64,000 nucleotides of DNA from an uncultured Bacilli bacterium (GTDB lineage Bacteria; Bacillota_I; Bacilli_A; RF39; UBA660): contig CAJTWC010000003.1 in the NCBI GenBank assembly GCA_910580185.1, positions 103,093 to 167,092 of the forward strand, written 5' to 3'. Position 1 is the first letter of the stretch, and each line of letters opens with the position of its first letter. Of the stretch, positions 1-9,798 are shown piece by piece. The translations under genes and the position numbers were made by a program. The notes beneath the pieces were generated by a model that was given only the letters and a program-made list of their open reading frames with translations, made no database searches and had not been told where the DNA came from.

Positions 1-467
1 CCATCTAAGTTTTGCACACCAAATCCATCTGCTATAATAGCAATCATAGAATTTAATTGTTCCTCTGTTATATCAACACACATATCAATACTTGTAATGT
101 TTTCATTATTTTTACTATCAGAAATAGACATAAACTCATTTCCAATATAAGGAGAAATTCCATAAGAACTTATAACAGCATTATAAAAGCTTAAATCAGT
201 AAATCCATAATCATGTAATCCTAAAGGATTAGTTGCTTCGTCATACGGTTTATATTTGTCTGGGATGAATGGGCAAGTAATTATCGCTTGACCTTTTACT
301 TTATTTAAATTAATTATATTTAGTTTAAATGCACCAGTTAAAGCAAGCGTTATTACCAACACTAACGCTATACATACTGAAATAATCGCCTTTTTCTTCG
401 TTTCAGTGTCAGCTATTCTTGGTCTTCCTACCTTTAATTTTTCCTCTTTTTTATTAAATAGCTTCAT
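1..467 (-). CDS. hypothetical membrane-anchored protein, 3' part runs off the window (N-terminal TM segment after MKLFNKKEEKLKVGRPR...)
   Basis: Open minus-strand frame from the ATG at 467 to the window edge; GGTGA RBS 8 nt upstream; N-terminal hydrophobic segment; no family recognised. Confidence 0.45.
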   Translation of the reverse strand, partial: MKLFNKKEEKLKVGRPRIADTETKKKAIISVCIALVLVITLALTGAFKLNIINLNKVKGQAIITCPFIPDKYKPYDEATNPLGLHDYGFTDLSFYNAVISSYGISPYIGNEFMSISDSKNNENITSIDMCVDITEEQLNSMIAIIADGFGVQNLD

Positions 468-528
468 GATATCATCACCTGTTTATAACCCTTCTATTAT
501 CTTATTTTATATGTTGATAATATCATAA

Positions 529-539
529 TCCCCCCCCCC
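529..539. repeat. homopolymeric poly(C)11 / poly(G)11 tract in the divergent intergenic region
   Basis: Eleven consecutive C directly visible in a roughly 25% GC background, lying between the divergent starts at 467 and 559/592. Confidence 0.9.
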
Positions 540-558
540 GTCAAGTTCTAAAAATAGC

Positions 559-1467
559 TTGTTGAAAATAAAATATACAATAGGAAAAAATATGAAAGAT
601 AAAAAAAACATAATTTTAATTTATATACTTCTTATATTAGAATTTCTATTATTATTTAACTCTAAAACAATAATAGAAAGTGTTAAAGAATCATCTTTGA
701 TGTTTGTTTTAAAAATACTTCCATCACTATTTCCAACCATGGTACTTGGTAGCCTGTTAATTAAAAATAACATACACATAATAATTCCAAATTTTATAAA
801 ACGTTTTTTTAATAATGTTTTTAACTTTAGCGATATAGCAACTAGTATATTTATAATTTCAATGTTAACCGGAACTCCAAGTAACGCATTATACATAAAT
901 GAATACGTCGATAAAAAACTTATATCTGAAAAAGAAGCTGAGTGCCTTATTTGTTCAACTCATTTTATAAATCCATTATTCGTAATTGGTGGCGTTGGTG
1001 TTGGCGTCTTTAATAGTACTAAAATAGGATTTTTACTACTAATACTTTTATGGACAAATAATTTTTTCAAAGCATACCTAAATAGAAATAATTTACATAA
1101 AACAAATAATAATCATATTCATATAGAGCAAAAAAACATAATAAAAACATTAATAGAATCAATTAAAAACAATATTAATTCATTATTAATGATATTTGGT
1201 ATAGTAACTACGTTTAATATATTAGTAACCTTAATATCAAATATTTTTAATTTATCATACCTAGCTAATTGTATAATTAATGGCTTTTTAGAAATGACTG
1301 GTGGAATAATTAAATTATCATCTTTAAATATAAATCTCATACCAAAATTTATTTTAGCATACATATTTTTAAATTTTGGTGGGATATGTATTCATATGCA
1401 AACTTTTGGGATGTTAGAAAATAAAAAAATAAGATATAGTAAATACCTTATTTTTAGATTATTTTAA
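559..1467 (+). CDS. YlbJ-like integral membrane protein with nucleoside-recognition (Gate) domains; real start probably the ATG at 592
   Basis: Polytopic membrane protein; LMFVLKILPSLFPTMVLGSLL and a second Gate-like segment resemble the sporulation integral membrane protein YlbJ family. Confidence 0.55.
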   Translation: MLKIKYTIGKNMKDKKNIILIYILLILEFLLLFNSKTIIESVKESSLMFVLKILPSLFPTMVLGSLLIKNNIHIIIPNFIKRFFNNVFNFSDIATSIFIISMLTGTPSNALYINEYVDKKLISEKEAECLICSTHFINPLFVIGGVGVGVFNSTKIGFLLLILLWTNNFFKAYLNRNNLHKTNNNHIHIEQKNIIKTLIESIKNNINSLLMIFGIVTTFNILVTLISNIFNLSYLANCIINGFLEMTGGIIKLSSLNINLIPKFILAYIFLNFGGICIHMQTFGMLENKKIRYSKYLIFRLF

Positions 1468-3266
1468 TTATTTTTACCAGTATCACCTACGTAAGATTTA
1501 CCTTTTTTATTACCTGAGATATAAACGTAAGGCGCTATTACATTTTTACCATATATAGGATATCCATTATTATCATACCTGTTATAAGACATTCCAACGT
1601 GTAGATGTGGGCCACTTGAATTTCCAGTATTTCCCGACGTTCCTATTTTTTGCCCTTGTTTTACTTTATCTCCAACTTTTACTGAAATACTATTTAAATG
1701 TCCATAGACAGTATAATACTTTTTACTATCTATTACATGTTTTAATAATACAAATTTACCAAAATGAACATATCCTTCACTTTTACAATTACTATTTGAA
1801 GAACATTTGTTAGTAGTAGTATCGGCTTTTATAACTTCACCACCATCCATTGCAACAACGGAAGTGCCTTTGCTAACTGATATATCGTTTCCACCGTGCC
1901 AAGCGCCACCATACGACGTACTATAATGCAAATGATCACTAGATGTTCTAGTACCTTCTGACCAACTACCTGTATTTTTAGTTGGATGAGCTAACTTACC
2001 AGTTACATATGCTAGCGTTTGATCTATTTTATATTTATCAGTATAGCAAACTTTATGGTTACCAGCCTCATCATAAACAACTATTTTTCCTTGCCTTGTC
2101 CTAGCACCATCATCACCAAGCGATTTATTTCTTGAGCCGGTGTTATTATTAGTCCATAAATACCAACTACCATCTTTTTTATTGGTATACCATTCCCATT
2201 TTGCCGTATCACTAGTAGGTTTTATATTTAATGTTACAGCTGTTTTATACCAAGTACCATCAGCTTTTGTACCACTTGCAGTTATAGTAGGACACTTTGG
2301 CGGGGTACGATCAATTTTAATTGTTTTTGAATCACAATTTTTACTCTTTTTTGTATTAGTATTAAACACTTGGGCTCTTATTACCCTGTTTCCTTCACCA
2401 CTAATATTAACAACGTGATTATTTTTTTCATAAGACTTTGAATATTTTGTAAATCCACCTTTTCCATTATCAGCGTACCAATACCATTTATTATACAAAT
2501 ATTTTTTCTCATCCATTGATATTTTTACATAGACTTTAGATGAATTATACACACTAGCCGGATTAGCGGTAAATGTTTTATTATCCTTAGAATAAGTAAA
2601 GGTTGGACATACTATGTCCGTTTTTGCACTATTTTTAGTTGTAGACTTCTTTTTGGTAGTTTCGGTTGTCAAAACTTTGGCAGTTGTACTAGTAGTAGTT
2701 GCAGCATTATTTGAACTAGTAGTTGTACCTATAGAAGATGTGGAATCATCTGATTCTTCATCTTCATCTATCGGATCATTTGGAATAGAGCTACTAGGCG
2801 TAATATTACGCTCCGAATAAGATAAAATATTTAGAGTACAAGAGCCAATTCCCGAAGGTATTTCCTTATTAGTATATTCATATAAAGTCCTGTGATATGT
2901 TTTAGACTCATCTTGATTATAAAAATCAAAATGAAGTGCAATTATACCATCACTAACCCTGCAAATTCCTGTATTTGTTGGAGTACTAACATCAATATTT
3001 ATTATGTTCTCAATATCATCAAAAATATTATCCTTATTTAAATCATCTAAGTTTTCACCATCATTTGTTAAATCTTTATATTTAGCATCAACTATTCTAT
3101 AAGCATAATCAACATCAATAAATTTTTGAGTTTCATCATTTGCTTTCTTATAAATATCTTGAACGGTTCTTAAAGTTTGAAAAAAATAAAGCATTGCTAC
3201 TGATACTATCAAAAAACTTACTATTAATTCTACTAAAGTCATACCTTTATTATTTAATTTTTTCAT
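1464..3266 (-). CDS. prepilin-type N-terminal cleavage/methylation domain protein fused to a C-terminal M23 (LytM-type) peptidase domain
   Basis: N-terminus KG|MTLVELIV with Glu at +5 and a hydrophobic helix (class III signal); Ser/Thr-rich linker; Ig-like DxAGN segment; C-terminal HxxxD (HGGNDI) and HLH (GPHLHVG) M23 motifs. Confidence 0.75.
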   Translation of the reverse strand: MKKLNNKGMTLVELIVSFLIVSVAMLYFFQTLRTVQDIYKKANDETQKFIDVDYAYRIVDAKYKDLTNDGENLDDLNKDNIFDDIENIINIDVSTPTNTGICRVSDGIIALHFDFYNQDESKTYHRTLYEYTNKEIPSGIGSCTLNILSYSERNITPSSSIPNDPIDEDEESDDSTSSIGTTTSSNNAATTTSTTAKVLTTETTKKKSTTKNSAKTDIVCPTFTYSKDNKTFTANPASVYNSSKVYVKISMDEKKYLYNKWYWYADNGKGGFTKYSKSYEKNNHVVNISGEGNRVIRAQVFNTNTKKSKNCDSKTIKIDRTPPKCPTITASGTKADGTWYKTAVTLNIKPTSDTAKWEWYTNKKDGSWYLWTNNNTGSRNKSLGDDGARTRQGKIVVYDEAGNHKVCYTDKYKIDQTLAYVTGKLAHPTKNTGSWSEGTRTSSDHLHYSTSYGGAWHGGNDISVSKGTSVVAMDGGEVIKADTTTNKCSSNSNCKSEGYVHFGKFVLLKHVIDSKKYYTVYGHLNSISVKVGDKVKQGQKIGTSGNTGNSSGPHLHVGMSYNRYDNNGYPIYGKNVIAPYVYISGNKKGKSYVGDTGKNN

Positions 3267-3270
3267 ACTC

Positions 3271-3837
3271 TTATCCTCCTAAATTGCAATGTCTATTTGG
3301 ATTAGGATTATCTATTTTAATTGATGCATATCTAGTTTCAGTAACATTTCCACGTGAATCTTTTTTTTCAAATTTTCCTATTAATCTATAAGATGCCTTA
3401 TCATTGGTGGTTTTTTTAAGTCTTAGTAAATACCTGTTAAAATTATAATCGCTAACCCTTGGGTCTGCCATATAGCCAGTAATATATAACTCTTCTAACT
3501 CGCCAAATTTATTGCTAGATGATAGTGTTATTTCATCTAAAACATTACCAGTGATTTCTCTTGCACCAACCTCGGTTTCAGTATATCCTGTACATATGCC
3601 ACTTATTTTTGATTCAACATTACTCTTTAATGTATCATCACTAAAAATTAAATCATTATACGCCCTTAACGTATATAGATCCTCTGTTTGATCATAATAT
3701 TTAGATCTTTTTACGAAATTATCATATAATTTAGACACATTTGGGTAAACATAAGCCATCACAATAGTTACTAAGGCAATAATAACAATAGCCTCAACTA
3801 AAAAGAAACCTTTATTATTCTTTTTCATTTTTACCAC
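3271..3837 (-). CDS. type IV pilin / pseudopilin-like protein
   Basis: N-terminus KG|FFLVEAIVIIALV (G-1, F+1, E+5) followed by a hydrophobic helix; 188 aa. Confidence 0.65.
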   Translation of the reverse strand: MVKMKKNNKGFFLVEAIVIIALVTIVMAYVYPNVSKLYDNFVKRSKYYDQTEDLYTLRAYNDLIFSDDTLKSNVESKISGICTGYTETEVGAREITGNVLDEITLSSSNKFGELEELYITGYMADPRVSDYNFNRYLLRLKKTTNDKASYRLIGKFEKKDSRGNVTETRYASIKIDNPNPNRHCNLGG

Positions 3838-3925
3838 CTTTTCTTTGCTTGCTATCTTCTAAAATATATTATATAATATTATTAGCATAAAATCTAGGGG
3901 TAGATAAAAGAATATAAAGGGAGAG

Positions 3926-5251
3926 ATGTATATGTTAAAGCAGATAGACTTTACTAAATTGCCTATTACAGAAATAGTAAATGAAATTATTTATACAGGT
4001 GCTCAAGCTGGAGCAAGTGACATACATTTCGATCCAAGTGGAAAAACAATTAAAGTTAGGTTTAGAATAGATGGTATTTTAATAGATTATACGGTTATAC
4101 CTGAAGCGATAAGAAAAAATTTAATAGCAAGATTAAAAATAATTTCAGGAATGGATATAACTGAATCTAGGCTACCTCAAGATGGAGCTATTAAAACGAT
4201 TATTAAAGATATTAAATTAGATATGCGTGTTTCTTCTTTGCCTACTAATATTGGTGAGAAAATAGTTATAAGAATACTTGATTATTCTGCATCGTTAAAC
4301 GGATTAGAAAGTCTTGGGTTTTCTCCTAATAATTTAAAAAAGATGAAAGAGTTAATAAAAGAACCAAACGGAATTATATTGGTAACGGGTGCAACAGGTT
4401 CTGGTAAATCAACAACTGTTTACTCATTACTGCAAATATTAAATACACCCGAAGTTAACTTAGTAACCGTTGAAGACCCAGTTGAAATGGGAATTGATGG
4501 AATAAATCAAATACAAGTAAATAGTGAAATTGGTCTTACCTTTGCCGAGGTTTTAAGATCTATCTTGCGTCAAGACCCAGACATTATAATGATTGGAGAA
4601 ATACGTGATGATGAGACAGCTAAAATAGCCGTTAGAGCATCTATTACAGGGCACTTAGTATTATCTACAATACATACTAATAACGCTCTTGCAACTATAG
4701 AACGTTTAACAGATATGGACGTTGAAACTTATCTTTTAGCAACATCTTTAAATGGTATTGTATCTCAAAAACTTGCTAGAAGAATATGTCCACATTGCAT
4801 AAAAAAAAGACCTGCTATTGAGTATGAAAAGAAATTAATAAAAGCACAACTAGGTGTTGATATTAATGAACTTTCTTACTCTGAAGGCTGCGATAAATGT
4901 GTTGGAGGTTATAAAGGAAGAATCGCTATACACGAGGTTTTAGTAATAACTCAAGAAATAAGAGATGCTATTTCAAATGGTATTTCTAAAGACGAATTAA
5001 GAAAATTAGTATATAAAGGTGATACCACTACCCTTTTACAAGATGGATTACAAAAAGTTTTACAAGGAACAACAACGATTGAAGAAATATTAAGACTAGT
5101 AGAACTTGATGATGAATCGGCAAAGATACTTATGCATAAAGATGATTCAGTAAGTAACACATCTAATAAAAATTTAACTAACAATACTCAAGATACAACT
5201 ATAGTTCAAAATAATACACCTAAAGATGATTTTGAAATGCTTGATATATAA
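3926..5251 (+). CDS. type IV pilus / competence assembly ATPase (GspE/PilB/ComGA family); start possibly at 3932 given the AAGGGAG RBS
   Basis: Walker A GATGSGKSTT, Asp box DPDIIMIGEIRD, His box, and the C-terminal tetracysteine motif CPHC...CDKC typical of GspE/PilB. Confidence 0.85.
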   Translation: MYMLKQIDFTKLPITEIVNEIIYTGAQAGASDIHFDPSGKTIKVRFRIDGILIDYTVIPEAIRKNLIARLKIISGMDITESRLPQDGAIKTIIKDIKLDMRVSSLPTNIGEKIVIRILDYSASLNGLESLGFSPNNLKKMKELIKEPNGIILVTGATGSGKSTTVYSLLQILNTPEVNLVTVEDPVEMGIDGINQIQVNSEIGLTFAEVLRSILRQDPDIIMIGEIRDDETAKIAVRASITGHLVLSTIHTNNALATIERLTDMDVETYLLATSLNGIVSQKLARRICPHCIKKRPAIEYEKKLIKAQLGVDINELSYSEGCDKCVGGYKGRIAIHEVLVITQEIRDAISNGISKDELRKLVYKGDTTTLLQDGLQKVLQGTTTIEEILRLVELDDESAKILMHKDDSVSNTSNKNLTNNTQDTTIVQNNTPKDDFEMLDI

Positions 5252-5253
5252 TA

Positions 5254-5285
5254 AAGACCTAATATAAAATTTTATATTAGGTCTT
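5254..5285. terminator. bidirectional intrinsic terminator between the convergent ATPase gene and the 193-aa gene
   Basis: Perfect inverted repeat AAGACCTAATATAAAATTTTATATTAGGTCTT flanked by T/A runs. Confidence 0.5.
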
Positions 5286-5853
5286 TTACTTCACGTTTAA
5301 TTTTCCTTTTAAATCTTTTTGGTATTCCATTATCATTTTCAACAACTGGTTTTGGAATAATTAAATTTAGCTTTCTAGAATTTATGTTTTTTTGTGTTTT
5401 TTTAAATAAGTCTCTTGATTTTATCTCAATAAGTAAATTATTTAATACATTAATAAAATCATTTATCTTAATTTCATAATTAGTATCATCAAACCAAAAA
5501 CCATCATGAATTTCTTTTTCACATAATTCTTCATTATTACTATTTAAAAATCTTGATACAAAATCAATCCAAACTTTTTCTCCAGTTTTTACTGGCATAA
5601 GATCTTCTAAATATCTAATAACTGTTTCAACATAACCGACTTCAATTCCTTCAAGAAAACTCTTTTTAACATTTCTTATTCCAATTGGAAATTCAAATTT
5701 ACTACCATAACCTGTTGGTACAGAAGAAGTTCTATTATTTTTGTCGTATTTTTCAATTATAATATAATCTATGATTTTAAATACATCTTTATAATCTTCC
5801 CTATTTAACATAACTTTAAATTTATCATCAATATATCTAATGTCTATATTCAT
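5272..5853 (-). CDS. hypothetical protein (193 aa), last gene of the pilC-pilD operon
   Basis: Intact ORF 78 nt downstream of the prepilin peptidase gene; no recognisable motif. Confidence 0.45.
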   Translation of the reverse strand: MNIDIRYIDDKFKVMLNREDYKDVFKIIDYIIIEKYDKNNRTSSVPTGYGSKFEFPIGIRNVKKSFLEGIEVGYVETVIRYLEDLMPVKTGEKVWIDFVSRFLNSNNEELCEKEIHDGFWFDDTNYEIKINDFINVLNNLLIEIKSRDLFKKTQKNINSRKLNLIIPKPVVENDNGIPKRFKRKIKREVKDLI

Positions 5854-5930
5854 TTTCTATTCCTCACATCTCGTGTAGTATTATAGTACTTAAATATCTA
5901 AAATGCAATAAAAACGTCAAAAAGACGTCT

Positions 5931-6764
5931 TTATCTAGTTAAAAATTCCAAAATCATGCTTAAATTTAAGCTGGTTAATAATACTATAACACTAGAGACC
6001 GAAAGATATGGTCCAAATGCTAAAACGTTATTATTATTTTTTACTAGGCTATAAACTGATAGTGGAAGCGCTATAAAAGCAGCCATAAAAATAACTACCA
6101 TTGACATATCAAAGCCTAATACTAAACCTATAATAAACATTAATTTTATATCTCCGCCGCCTAAACTTTCTTTCTTAAATAAAATATCTCCTAACACTTT
6201 AAATAAATAAAGAATTGCAAAAGCTCCAGCACCATTAAGAATCGGTATAGCAACATCAGTTAAAATATTCATCCTGTTCATTAAAGATTTTATAATCATT
6301 TCTAGAACAATTAATATTCCGCCTATTATTAGCACCTCATCGGGTATTATATAACATCTTAAATCACTTATTGTTATAATTATTAATACTGAAATAAACG
6401 TTATTGCAATAAGAAAATCAATATTCATCCCAAATACTAAGTACGACATTAAAAATAACACTCCAGTAATTAATTCAAACAACGGATATATAATAGATAT
6501 TTTATTTTTACACGATTTACACTTACCTCTTAAAAAGATGTAAGATATAACTGGTATAAGTTCATAAAACTTTAATTTATGATTACAATTAACACAGTGT
6601 GATGGTGGAAAAGCAATGGATAATTTGTTTGGTAATCTATAACCTACAACGTTATAAAAGGATCCAAATACTAATCCAAAAATAAATACTATAATTCCAA
6701 TAAAAACTTCGTTATCCACTCGTATCTTCCTTTCATTATTGTTGCATTGAAGTATACATACCAA
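5931..6764 (-). CDS. prepilin peptidase (A24 family, PilD/ComC)
   Basis: N-terminal CxxC...CxxC zinc tetrad (CVNCNHKL...CKSCKNKI), GSFYNVVGYRLP motif, polytopic membrane protein; 29-nt overlap with the upstream pilC so the start may be internal. Confidence 0.8.
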   Translation of the reverse strand: MVCILQCNNNERKIRVDNEVFIGIIVFIFGLVFGSFYNVVGYRLPNKLSIAFPPSHCVNCNHKLKFYELIPVISYIFLRGKCKSCKNKISIIYPLFELITGVLFLMSYLVFGMNIDFLIAITFISVLIIITISDLRCYIIPDEVLIIGGILIVLEMIIKSLMNRMNILTDVAIPILNGAGAFAILYLFKVLGDILFKKESLGGGDIKLMFIIGLVLGFDMSMVVIFMAAFIALPLSVYSLVKNNNNVLAFGPYLSVSSVIVLLTSLNLSMILEFLTR

Positions 6765-8589
6765 ACATTGGAATAATAACCGCTAGTAATATACCACCAA
6801 CTATAACCGCTAAAAATACTATTATAATAGGCTCAATAAGTGCTTTCATTTGGTTAATAATAGCTCTATGTTGTTCTTGGTAATAATCAGAAACCCTTTC
6901 CATCATAGGTCCTAGTCTACCTGTTTTTTCACCAGTAAGCAGCATTTGATATGCAATAATTGGAAAAGCCCAATGATCTTTAAACGCCTTTGAAATTGAA
7001 TCACCTTTATTTAGGTTTTTAGCAGTTTCATATATAAGTTTTTTATAAACTTCATTATTTGTAATTTTACTTAATACTTCCATTGAGTCGGTTATAAATA
7101 TATTATGATTTATTAAGTTTGCAAAAGTTTTAGCAAAAATAGTAATCTCATTATATATAATAATATCACCAAACACTGGTATATGCATCGTTAATTCTTG
7201 AACGTTTTTTCTAAATGTACGCGAGTTTTTAAAAGCATATATAAATACCGCGCAAATTGCAATTATAATAAAAAGTATTATATAAACGTTTGCTTGTAAA
7301 AAGTCTGATGCATTTAATATAAACTTAGTTATTGCAGGAAGTTCAGCATCCATCTCATTATATATTCCAGCAAATGACGGAATTGTAAATAACAATATAT
7401 ATACAACTACAATAATAGCAAAAACTAATATAACAATTGGATATGTTAGCGCTGATTTCATTTGTTTTCTATTTGTTTCAGATTCGCTATAATACTCAAC
7501 CATGTCATCTAACGTTTCAGTTAAATTACCAGTCATTTCAGCGGTTTTAATCATGTTTATTAATAATTTAGGAAAGGTATCTTTTCTTTTTTCCATAGCA
7601 ACACTTAAAACATCACCCATAGATAAGTCATAATATACTGCTTTCCATACGTTTTTATCATTGCCTTTTTTAGTTTGTTCTTCTAGTATTTTAACAGCCT
7701 CAGCTAGTGCTATACCAGATTTTAAATAAGCTGATAATTGCGATAGGTAAAAAATTAGTTTACTTTTCTTCATTTTATAAGTGATAATATCTCTTTTCGG
7801 TTTAGCAGCGGTAATTTCATATACCTCATATCCTTCTGCCAACAAAAATGAATGAACATCTACTCTTGATAAAGCCTCTATCGTACTTTTTTCTAACTCG
7901 CCTTTAGAATTTCTCGCTATATATTGAAATAATATAGGTTTTGCAAGTCTTGATGCGGTTTTACTATCTTTATCCTTAAACTGTTCATCTAAAACGGCTT
8001 TTTTAGCTTCTAATTCTACTTCTTCTTTTGGATTATAAGTTAGCTTTTTATAAAATCTTTTTAATTTATCTGAAAAAGTAACAGGTTCACCCTTTGCTTT
8101 TAAAGCTTCCTCTTTTTTATCCCTTTCAGCTTCAATAGCATCTTCTTTCTTTTGTTTTTCTAATTCTCTTTGCTTGCGTTCTTTTTCTCTTTTTTCATTT
8201 TCTATTCTTAATTTTTCTTGTTCTTCTATTCTTTTAAGTTCCTCTTGCCTTGCCTTTTTAACCATCTTATCAAAATACTTTTGGCGTTTTTTTATGTTTT
8301 CTTGACGCTCTTTTTTTAACTTTTCGGGATCTGTTTCTACTTGAGGAGTTTTTGGCGTATCATATGCTGATCTTACCCCTTTAACCACTTTTATTTTTTC
8401 ACCTTTTTTTATTTCAGGAATGGTAGCTTTCTTATTACTACTAGATATGTTTTGACTAATACCCTGCTTATTTTTAGTATCATTTTTTTTCATGATCCCA
8501 GATACAATATAATATGGAATAAGTAAAATAGACATAAATCCTCTATATATAAAAACGAATGGTAATAATAAAATATCTATCAAATTCAT
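6736..8589 (-). CDS. type II secretion system F family platform protein (PilC/ComGB-like) with a roughly 230-aa N-terminal extension (TM segment plus K/E-rich coiled-coil)
   Basis: C-terminal two-thirds match T2SSF-domain architecture (…ALTYPIVILVFAIIVVVYILLFTIPSFAGIY…, three TM segments); N-terminal region is charged low-complexity. Confidence 0.75.
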   Translation of the reverse strand: MNLIDILLLPFVFIYRGFMSILLIPYYIVSGIMKKNDTKNKQGISQNISSSNKKATIPEIKKGEKIKVVKGVRSAYDTPKTPQVETDPEKLKKERQENIKKRQKYFDKMVKKARQEELKRIEEQEKLRIENEKREKERKQRELEKQKKEDAIEAERDKKEEALKAKGEPVTFSDKLKRFYKKLTYNPKEEVELEAKKAVLDEQFKDKDSKTASRLAKPILFQYIARNSKGELEKSTIEALSRVDVHSFLLAEGYEVYEITAAKPKRDIITYKMKKSKLIFYLSQLSAYLKSGIALAEAVKILEEQTKKGNDKNVWKAVYYDLSMGDVLSVAMEKRKDTFPKLLINMIKTAEMTGNLTETLDDMVEYYSESETNRKQMKSALTYPIVILVFAIIVVVYILLFTIPSFAGIYNEMDAELPAITKFILNASDFLQANVYIILFIIIAICAVFIYAFKNSRTFRKNVQELTMHIPVFGDIIIYNEITIFAKTFANLINHNIFITDSMEVLSKITNNEVYKKLIYETAKNLNKGDSISKAFKDHWAFPIIAYQMLLTGEKTGRLGPMMERVSDYYQEQHRAIINQMKALIEPIIIVFLAVIVGGILLAVIIPMFGMYTSMQQ

Positions 8590-8708
8590 AAATACACCTT
8601 CCTATTCTATAGATAATTATAACATAAAATTTTATATATTTACCTATTAAATAATTATTTTTATAACATTTTAGGATATAAATCATATATTATATTAGAG
8701 GTGATTAT

Positions 8709-9092
8709 ATGTACGGAGCAATGCCTTTTATGATGCCTAATGCAATACCGGGTGCAACTGCTGCGGCAAGTGCGGCAAATTCCTTAGGAAGTGCAAGTAC
8801 TGCTACATCTTTTTTAGGAAAAATAAATTGGTCTTCACTACTATCGAACACCCAAAAAGTTTTAAACGTTGCAAATCAAGCAATACCGCTTTATTATCAA
8901 GCAAAGCCAATGTTTCAAAACCTAAAAGCGCTGGGACGAATCGGTAAAGAATTTAGTAAGATGGGAAATCAAAATAATACACAAAATAATACTCAAAATA
9001 ACATTGTCAACAACACGATGAATAGTGCACCTAGCACGCAAAACGATACTTCTTTTGAAGAAGATTTACCAACGCCAAAATTCTTTTTATAA
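8709..9092 (+). CDS. small Ala/Asn/Gln-rich hypothetical protein (possibly YqfQ-like, by position next to trmK-sigA-dnaG)
   Basis: 127-aa ORF with AGGTGA RBS; contains an NNTQNNTQNN peptide repeat; the family assignment is from synteny only. Confidence 0.4.
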   Translation: MYGAMPFMMPNAIPGATAAASAANSLGSASTATSFLGKINWSSLLSNTQKVLNVANQAIPLYYQAKPMFQNLKALGRIGKEFSKMGNQNNTQNNTQNNIVNNTMNSAPSTQNDTSFEEDLPTPKFFL

Positions 9093-9093
9093 A

Positions 9094-9127
9094 AACAGCT
9101 GAAACAAAATAAAGTTTCAACTGTTTT
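9094..9127. terminator. bidirectional terminator hairpin between the convergent 8709..9092 and trmK genes
   Basis: AACAGCTGAAAC-N8-GTTTCAACTGTT stem with T runs on both sides. Confidence 0.4.
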
Positions 9128-9798
9128 TATTTTAATATTCTTTTGACGTTTTTGTTTTTTAATCTTAATTTTATTTTTTTAATAAATTTAGATTTTGGTA
9201 TTTTATCTATTACTCGCTCGTTTGTTTTTATTAAATTAGTTAATAATTCATTAAATAACTCATTTTTATTATTTAAAAGAATTGGACCATACTCTAATTC
9301 TGTTTTATTATATTTTTTACTTCCTTTTTTAAATTTTATAACCGTGTAAATAATATTTCTTTCTTTTATTAGTTTTTCATCAAAGATAAAGTAACCAACA
9401 CTAGTTAAGTACTTTCTTATTTTATCTACTCCTACGTTAGACTGAATTATTATTGTATCTACGTTTTTTAACTTGTCTTTATCTTTTTCTAATATGTTTA
9501 TTATCTTGGTATCACCTAAGCCTGACATAACAATTAAATTTATATTATCTTCTTTTTTTATGTCACTTAGGCCATCGGCTAGTCTAAGATCAATGTTTTT
9601 TACATTATTTAACATGACGTTTTTCATAGCTTGATTTAAAGCTCCCTCAGTTATATCACACGCTACCGCTTTTTTTATTTTTTTACTTTGAAGTAAATAT
9701 ATATCTAAAAGCGCATGATCACATCCTATATCAGCTAATATAGAATCATCATCTACCATATCGGCTATACACTTTAATCTTTTTGATAAATTAATCAC
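9127..9798 (-). CDS. trmK: tRNA (adenine22-N1)-methyltransferase TrmK (YqfN family)
   Basis: N-terminal [19 protein letters not shown]-binding fold typical of TrmK; lies downstream of sigA as in Bacillus. Confidence 0.7.
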   Translation of the reverse strand: MINLSKRLKCIADMVDDDSILADIGCDHALLDIYLLQSKKIKKAVACDITEGALNQAMKNVMLNNVKNIDLRLADGLSDIKKEDNINLIVMSGLGDTKIINILEKDKDKLKNVDTIIIQSNVGVDKIRKYLTSVGYFIFDEKLIKERNIIYTVIKFKKGSKKYNKTELEYGPILLNNKNELFNELLTNLIKTNERVIDKIPKSKFIKKIKLRLKNKNVKRILK

